Assembly: GCF_003967015.1 (NCBI RefSeq)
Contig: NZ_AP017560.1
Span: forward strand, 3,034,048 to 3,098,047
Origin: Pseudanabaena sp. ABRG5-3
GTDB lineage: Bacteria; Cyanobacteriota; Cyanobacteriia; Pseudanabaenales; Pseudanabaenaceae
Direction: 5' to 3'
Length of the DNA: 64,000 nucleotides
Part shown: piece after piece, positions 58,766 to 64,000 of the stretch
Numbering within the stretch: the first letter of the stretch is position 1
Layout: the number at the start of each line of letters is the position of its first letter
Notes under the pieces: generated by a model
What the model was told of the DNA's origin: nothing
Database searches by the model: none
Seen by the model: the letters and a program-made list of their open reading frames with translations, nothing else
Position numbers and translations under genes: made by a program

Positions 58766-61700
58766 ATGTACATTAAAAATGTAGAACTCACCAGATTTAA
58801 GTCCTTTGGCTCGACCACATCGATCCCACTTTTGCAAGGGTTTACGGTAGTTTCGGGACCTAACGGGTCGGGCAAGTCAAATATTCTTGATGCGCTGTTA
58901 TTTGCGCTAGGACTGGCAGGCTCAAAGGGGATGCGAGCCGATCGCTTGCCAGATTTGGTCAACCAAGCCCATAGCAAAAAGGGGCGAATGGTCGAGGCAA
59001 TTGTGACTGTGACCTTTGCCCTCGAAGAAGAAGAGATGGCGGCGTTGCAGAGCGAAGGGGTAGATATTCCTAAAGCTGAGGGACAGACTATTGGCGAATG
59101 GACGGTAATGCGGAAGCTACGCGTGACCAGTCAGGGTACTTATACTTCCACCTATTACATTAACGGCACACCTTGCAATTTAAGCGAATTGCATGAACAA
59201 TTAGCTAAATTCCGCATTTATCCCGAAGGCTATAACGTTGTATTACAGGGGGATGTTACAGGAATTATTTCCATGAATTCGCGAGAACGTCGCGAGATAA
59301 TTGATGAGTTGGCAGGTGTCGGCGAGTTCGATCGCAAGATTTCTACAGCTAAAGACAAATTAGATGATGTCAAAACTCAAGAGGAAAGATTTCGGATTGT
59401 TGAACAGGAACTAGTTGCCAATAAAGAAAAACTAAAAGGCGATCGCGTTAAGGCTGAGAAGTATAAGGCGCTACGATCTGAATATGAACAGATGGAAGCA
59501 TCGGAAGCGGTACTCAAACAAAGGGAAATCACCTATCAGCAGTCAATTCGCAATGTAGAACTGGTCAATAATAAGGAGCAATGTAGCAATTTAGCTAAGT
59601 CCTTAGCAGAAATCGCACAGGTAATTGAAACGGGAACAGTTCAGCTTAATGAACTTAGCGATCGCGTCCATACCCTTGGCGAAGAGGAATATCTCTCGGT
59701 TTCCAGCAATCTATCGGCACAACAGGCCGAATTGCGCGGTTTACAACGCCAACAACAGTCGCTAACTAGTTCCTATCAAAACAATCAAAATCACATTGTT
59801 AATACCCAAGAGGAAATTGATCGACTCCTAAGGGAAGCGGAAGAATTAGAGTCGCAAAAACAATTTAAAGAAGAAGCAGTAGCTACTGCGGAAAAGGCTC
59901 GCGATCAACAGGCTGCGATTGTTTCCCAATATCGGAAGGAAGTCCAAGCGATCGCCTCTGCTTCGTCAGAATGGGTGCGCCAACAAACACAACTCAGGCA
60001 GGATGTAGATAGCGCTCAAGCCGAACTTGATCCCCAAAAGCAAGAGCAAACTAGAATTCGTGAAGTACTCAATCAGCGATCGCTCCAATTAGAATCGCAG
60101 GAAAAGGAACTGCAAGAAATCATGGCTGGCGAAGGACGCTATGCTGTGGATATGCTCTCTAATCAGTCTTTGGAAGATGCTTTGCGTTTACAAGAAGCAG
60201 AAGTTAGTGGGGCTGAATCCCTTGTCCAAACCCTCGCTAAAAATCTTGCTGAAGCCCAACTAGAGGTACAACTTCAGAATGAAACCATTGATCGCCTTAA
60301 TCAAGAACAGCGCATCAAAACACGCCAACTGGATAAACTAGAGGCACAGGTACAGGCAAGCCGAGAGGTTCAAGGAACTAAAGCTTCACAGGTGATTATC
60401 GAAGCAGACATGTCAGGGGTTTATGGGCTGGTCGCGCAATTAGGACTAGTGGAACCTCGCTATCAATTGGCGCTAGAGATCTGTGCAGGTGGGCGTTTAG
60501 GAAACCTTGTCGTTGAGAGCGATGAGGTGGCTGCCGAGGCGATCGCCTTACTCAAAAAAGAAAGGGCAGGAAGGGCAACTTTTCTCCCATTAAATAAATT
60601 ACAGCCTGCCAAATTTCCATCACGGGTAGAAGCGAAGAAATTAGGGGCAATTGATTACGCCTTTAATCTTGTCACCTATGAAGATCGCTATCAAGATGTC
60701 TTCTCCTTCGTATTTGGCAATACCCTCGTCTTTGAGAATCTTGATCAAGCGAGATTCCACATTGGCAAATATCGCATGGTCACCCTCGAAGGCGAAATCC
60801 TCGAAACTTCAGGGGCGATGACAGGCGGTAGCGCTCCTTTACATACCAGCCTTCATTTCGGTAATGCCAAGCCTGCAGAATCTTCAGAAACTAAGCAATT
60901 ACGAGATCGCCTTTTAGAAATCGATCAAATGTTAGCGCGACTAAATCAACGATTACGTGGCGCATTGACAGGCATTGCTAAATATGAAGAGCAATTGCAA
61001 GCTGCCAGAACTACCCACCGTGAAGCACAACTCAAACGCGATCGCATTTACGAACAAATCGAACGCAATAGCCGCGATCGCTCTCGACTGCAAGATCAAA
61101 TTCAACAAACCCGTGCTGCCATTGAAATTGGGCAAGCACAACTAAATACCTTTGATGGCAACATTGCCGAACTAGAAGCAAAATTACTGGTTAAACGTGC
61201 CGAGCTTGCGGAACTAGAGAAGTCGGGAACGCATTCCCGTTGGTTGCAGGGTCAAGAAGCTTTGCAAGGTCAAGAAGCTCTGCTTAACAGTGCCGAAATT
61301 GAACTACGGACTGCTAAACAACAGTTGGGTGAATTAGAAAATCAACATAAACTTGCCTTAGAAAAAATGGCACAGCGCCAAACCCGTCTCCAAGAACTGC
61401 GTAGCACCCAAACAGAACTGATCAATAGTACGGCCCAAATCCAAAATCAGATTAAACAAACTGAAAATGCGATCGCTTCTTACCAATCGCGCCTAGAAGT
61501 CCTCGAACAAACCATCGGCGCAGCAAAACAAGAACGTGATGCTGTCGAGCGATCGCTCCGCGCCCAACAGCAACAGCAACAACAACAGGAATGGCAACTC
61601 CAGAAAAATCATGAGCGTCAAGCTGAATTAGAACAACAAATCGCTCAATATAAGGAACAACTCGATCAAATTGAACTACCTGATCCATTGCCTGAAGTCC

Positions 61701-62362
61701 CTGAGACGATGACTCTAGAACAGTTACAACTAGAGCAACGTCGCTTGCTGAAGCGCATTCAGTCAATGGAACCTGTCAATATGATGGCGATCGCGGAATA
61801 CGAAGCCACCTCCGAACGGCTCGATGAACTCAGTAGCCGTCTAGAAACCCTCAATCAAGAACGAACTGAACTGCTAATTAGAATTGAGAACTTTACAACT
61901 TTGCGTCAACGCGCCTTCATGCAAGCCTTTGATGCTGTCAATGGACATTTTAAAGAAATCTTTGCGGAACTCTCTGATGGTGATGGCTATCTGCAATTAG
62001 AAAACCCCAATGCACCTCTTAGTGGTGGTTTAACCCTAGTCGCTCACCCCAAAGGCAAACAGGTACAACACCTTTCATCCATGTCTGGTGGTGAAAAATC
62101 CCTCACGGCTCTTAGTTTCATCTTTGCTCTCCAGCGCTATCGTCCTTCTCCCTTCTATGCCTTTGATGAGGTGGATATGTTCCTCGATGGGGCAAATGTG
62201 GAGCGTCTCTCGAAAATGGTACGCAAGCAAGCCAATCTCGCCCAGTTCATCGTGGTGAGTCTCCGTCGTCCCATGATCGAAGCCTCCGAGCGCACCATCG
62301 GCGTAACTCAAGCACGCGGCGCTCATACTCAAGTATTAGGCTTAGAACTGCGATCAAGTTGA
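58766..62362 (+). CDS. smc: Chromosome segregation protein SMC.
   Basis: N-terminal Walker A FTVVSGPNGSGKSNILDAL, long coiled coils, a hinge, the C-terminal signature LSGGEKSLTALSFIFAL and the D-loop FYAFDEVD. Confidence 0.95.
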   Translation: MYIKNVELTRFKSFGSTTSIPLLQGFTVVSGPNGSGKSNILDALLFALGLAGSKGMRADRLPDLVNQAHSKKGRMVEAIVTVTFALEEEEMAALQSEGVDIPKAEGQTIGEWTVMRKLRVTSQGTYTSTYYINGTPCNLSELHEQLAKFRIYPEGYNVVLQGDVTGIISMNSRERREIIDELAGVGEFDRKISTAKDKLDDVKTQEERFRIVEQELVANKEKLKGDRVKAEKYKALRSEYEQMEASEAVLKQREITYQQSIRNVELVNNKEQCSNLAKSLAEIAQVIETGTVQLNELSDRVHTLGEEEYLSVSSNLSAQQAELRGLQRQQQSLTSSYQNNQNHIVNTQEEIDRLLREAEELESQKQFKEEAVATAEKARDQQAAIVSQYRKEVQAIASASSEWVRQQTQLRQDVDSAQAELDPQKQEQTRIREVLNQRSLQLESQEKELQEIMAGEGRYAVDMLSNQSLEDALRLQEAEVSGAESLVQTLAKNLAEAQLEVQLQNETIDRLNQEQRIKTRQLDKLEAQVQASREVQGTKASQVIIEADMSGVYGLVAQLGLVEPRYQLALEICAGGRLGNLVVESDEVAAEAIALLKKERAGRATFLPLNKLQPAKFPSRVEAKKLGAIDYAFNLVTYEDRYQDVFSFVFGNTLVFENLDQARFHIGKYRMVTLEGEILETSGAMTGGSAPLHTSLHFGNAKPAESSETKQLRDRLLEIDQMLARLNQRLRGALTGIAKYEEQLQAARTTHREAQLKRDRIYEQIERNSRDRSRLQDQIQQTRAAIEIGQAQLNTFDGNIAELEAKLLVKRAELAELEKSGTHSRWLQGQEALQGQEALLNSAEIELRTAKQQLGELENQHKLALEKMAQRQTRLQELRSTQTELINSTAQIQNQIKQTENAIASYQSRLEVLEQTIGAAKQERDAVERSLRAQQQQQQQQEWQLQKNHERQAELEQQIAQYKEQLDQIELPDPLPEVPETMTLEQLQLEQRRLLKRIQSMEPVNMMAIAEYEATSERLDELSSRLETLNQERTELLIRIENFTTLRQRAFMQAFDAVNGHFKEIFAELSDGDGYLQLENPNAPLSGGLTLVAHPKGKQVQHLSSMSGGEKSLTALSFIFALQRYRPSPFYAFDEVDMFLDGANVERLSKMVRKQANLAQFIVVSLRRPMIEASERTIGVTQARGAHTQVLGLELRSS

Positions 62363-62365
62363 TAA

Positions 62366-62416
62366 AAAGCCCAAATGTTTTGCCGCCTGCTAAGCAGGCG
62401 GCAAAACATTTGGGCT
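62366..62416. terminator. Bidirectional terminator between convergent smc and radA.
   Basis: aaaagcccaaatgttttgccgcctgcttagcaggcggcaaaacatttgggcttttt (20-bp arms). Confidence 0.65.
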
Positions 62417-62418
62417 TT

Positions 62419-63864
62419 TTATTCATCCAGTGAGTCATCACTTGGCTTAGAAACTTCAAACTTGGTGCGCGGCAAAGCTGCCACGATCGCATCTAAAACT
62501 TTAGTCACAGGCACTATTTCCATTCCATAATTTTGCATCACCTGCATACTAGGAATAATTGCCCGTTTAAAGCCCAATTTTGCTGCTTCCTTTAATCGCA
62601 TATCTAATTGCGATACGGGGCGCACCTGCCCGCCCAAACCCACTTCACCGATCATCACTGTGCGCGGATCGACAGTACGATCGCGAAAACTTGCCGCCAC
62701 TGCGATCGCTACTCCCAAATCCACCGCAGGTTCCGCCACATTCAATCCACCCGCCGCCGCCACATAGGCATCAAGTTTTGATAGAGGGATGCCGATCCGC
62801 TTTTCCAGAACCGCGAGAATTTGCAAGAAGCGATTAGTCTCGATACCCGTAGTCGTGCGGCGCGGAGACGAATAACTAGTAGGACTGACAAGAGCTTGCA
62901 ACTCTACCACAATCGGGCGCGTTCCTTCACAGGCAACAATCGTGGCAGTTCCAGGGACAGATTCATCGCGATTGCCGAGAAATAACTCCGAAGGATTGGA
63001 AACTTCACGCAAACCGCGATCAATCATCTCAAATACGCCAATTTCCTGTGTTGCGCCAAAGCGATTTTTGACCGATCGCAATAATCTGTGCGTGGCAAAG
63101 CGATCGCCTTCAAAATAAAGAACAGTATCCACCATATGTTCTAATACTTTAGGCCCTGCGATCGAGCCTTCCTTAGTCACATGACCGACGATAAATAGCG
63201 AAATATTCTCTCGCTTCGCCACTCGCATCAGCGCCGCCGTACATTCCCTCACTTGGGAAACGGAACCGGGGGCAGCATTTAAGTTGGAGAAGTAGAGCGC
63301 TTGAATACTATCGATGACAGCAACCTTGGGGCGAAGAGATTGCAATTCTCTTAAGACCGTTTCTAAATCTGTTTCCGCTAATAAATAGAGATCTTCAGAG
63401 TTCTCTTCTAAAATTCCTAATCTCTGCGATCGCAATTTGACCTGTTGCGCTGACTCCTCGGCACAGACATAGAGTGTGGGATAGCGACTCATCAATTTTT
63501 GCGCCATGCCCAATAACAGCGTACTTTTGCCAATCCCCGGTTCACCGCCAATTAGCACAAGGGAACCTGCGACAATACCACCACCTAAGACGCGATCGAG
63601 TTCTTCATAACCAGAAGGCGATCGGGCTTGGTCATTGTCGGTAATTTGTGAGAGGGTTAAGGATTCTCTAGGTTTTGCTTTGCCTGTAGATTTGGCTGTA
63701 CCAAGATGAGAGAAAGTGGCGATCGCATTGGTATTTGTGGAGATGATAGGAATTGGTTCCTCTTGCAAGGTTCCCCAACTGGAGCAAGCGGGACATTTCC
63801 CATACATCTGCGGGAAGTCTTCTCCGCAGTTATTACATACATATCGAGATTTTGCTTTTGCCAT
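62419..63864 (-). CDS. radA: DNA repair protein RadA (Sms).
   Basis: N-terminal zinc finger CNNCGEDFPQMYGKCPAC, Walker A GGEPGIGKST, the KNRFG motif and a C-terminal Lon-like domain. Confidence 0.95.
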   Translation of the reverse strand: MAKAKSRYVCNNCGEDFPQMYGKCPACSSWGTLQEEPIPIISTNTNAIATFSHLGTAKSTGKAKPRESLTLSQITDNDQARSPSGYEELDRVLGGGIVAGSLVLIGGEPGIGKSTLLLGMAQKLMSRYPTLYVCAEESAQQVKLRSQRLGILEENSEDLYLLAETDLETVLRELQSLRPKVAVIDSIQALYFSNLNAAPGSVSQVRECTAALMRVAKRENISLFIVGHVTKEGSIAGPKVLEHMVDTVLYFEGDRFATHRLLRSVKNRFGATQEIGVFEMIDRGLREVSNPSELFLGNRDESVPGTATIVACEGTRPIVVELQALVSPTSYSSPRRTTTGIETNRFLQILAVLEKRIGIPLSKLDAYVAAAGGLNVAEPAVDLGVAIAVAASFRDRTVDPRTVMIGEVGLGGQVRPVSQLDMRLKEAAKLGFKRAIIPSMQVMQNYGMEIVPVTKVLDAIVAALPRTKFEVSKPSDDSLDE

Positions 63865-64000
63865 TGTTTAAAATCTTCATTGAATACAAATCAGCCTTGG
63901 AAGACTCATGAAAAGAATTGGTCAATAACTCGCATAAATACTGCAAAGTCTGGGAACTTAGCTTTGTGTTCCAGGTACATTTCAGCATAGTCTAGAGCCT

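Noticed and set aside
58580-58977. Minus-strand ORFs in the ferredoxin-smc spacer and overlapping the smc start.
   Set aside because: No ribosome-binding site, odd composition, and one overlaps the well-supported SMC N-terminus. Judged spurious.
1-64000. tRNA, rRNA or tmRNA genes.
   Set aside because: Intergenic regions were scanned for acceptor-stem/T-arm (GTTCRANYC) patterns. No convincing cloverleaf was found and none is reported. A tRNAscan run would be needed to be certain.

Overview
This 64-kb window reads as cyanobacterial chromosome. The HIP1 octamer GCGATCGC is very frequent, and the window carries phycobilisome, MEP-pathway and gas-vesicle genes. About 60 protein genes are supportable, with no rRNA or tRNA and no CRISPR array.

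Core metabolism:
- Class II fructose-bisphosphate aldolase, Dxs, IspH, NadK, PdhA, PdxJ, CysE, YbeY, DgkA, NusB, a plant-type ferredoxin, SMC and RadA.

Photosynthesis-related:
- Allophycocyanin beta-18 (ApcF) and the phycobilin lyase CpcS.
- A partial gas-vesicle cluster gvpA-gvpC-gvpN-gvpJ, whose GvpC-like protein is unusually long.

Signalling:
- A REC-GAF response regulator translationally coupled to a small HD-domain (p)ppGpp-hydrolase-like gene.
- A histidine kinase, a REC-EAL regulator, a FIST-domain protein, and an ECF sigma factor with a ChrR-type anti-sigma factor.

Accessory content:
- A copper-homeostasis island of seven genes (MerR regulator, two-repeat lipoprotein, CxxC HMA chaperone, membrane cupredoxin, CopA-type P1B ATPase and two DUF305/CopM-like proteins).
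- Directly beside it, a two-gene ImmA/IrrE-like metallopeptidase plus PIN-like nuclease module. This is the best candidate for an uncharacterised conflict or toxin-antitoxin system.
- A PadR operon whose second gene ends in a 99-bp MITE.

Non-coding structure:
- Two MITE families: a 99-bp element with TACAGCCT/AGGCTGTA inverted ends in two identical copies, and a roughly 100-bp GC-hairpin MITE in three to four copies.
- An STRR-like heptamer repeat family (GCTAAYA) at four intergenic loci, including an 8.5-copy 14-mer array in the nadK promoter.
- An HLR1-type direct repeat upstream of apcF.
- Numerous hairpin terminators, including a triplicated tandem terminator after the Tic22-like gene.
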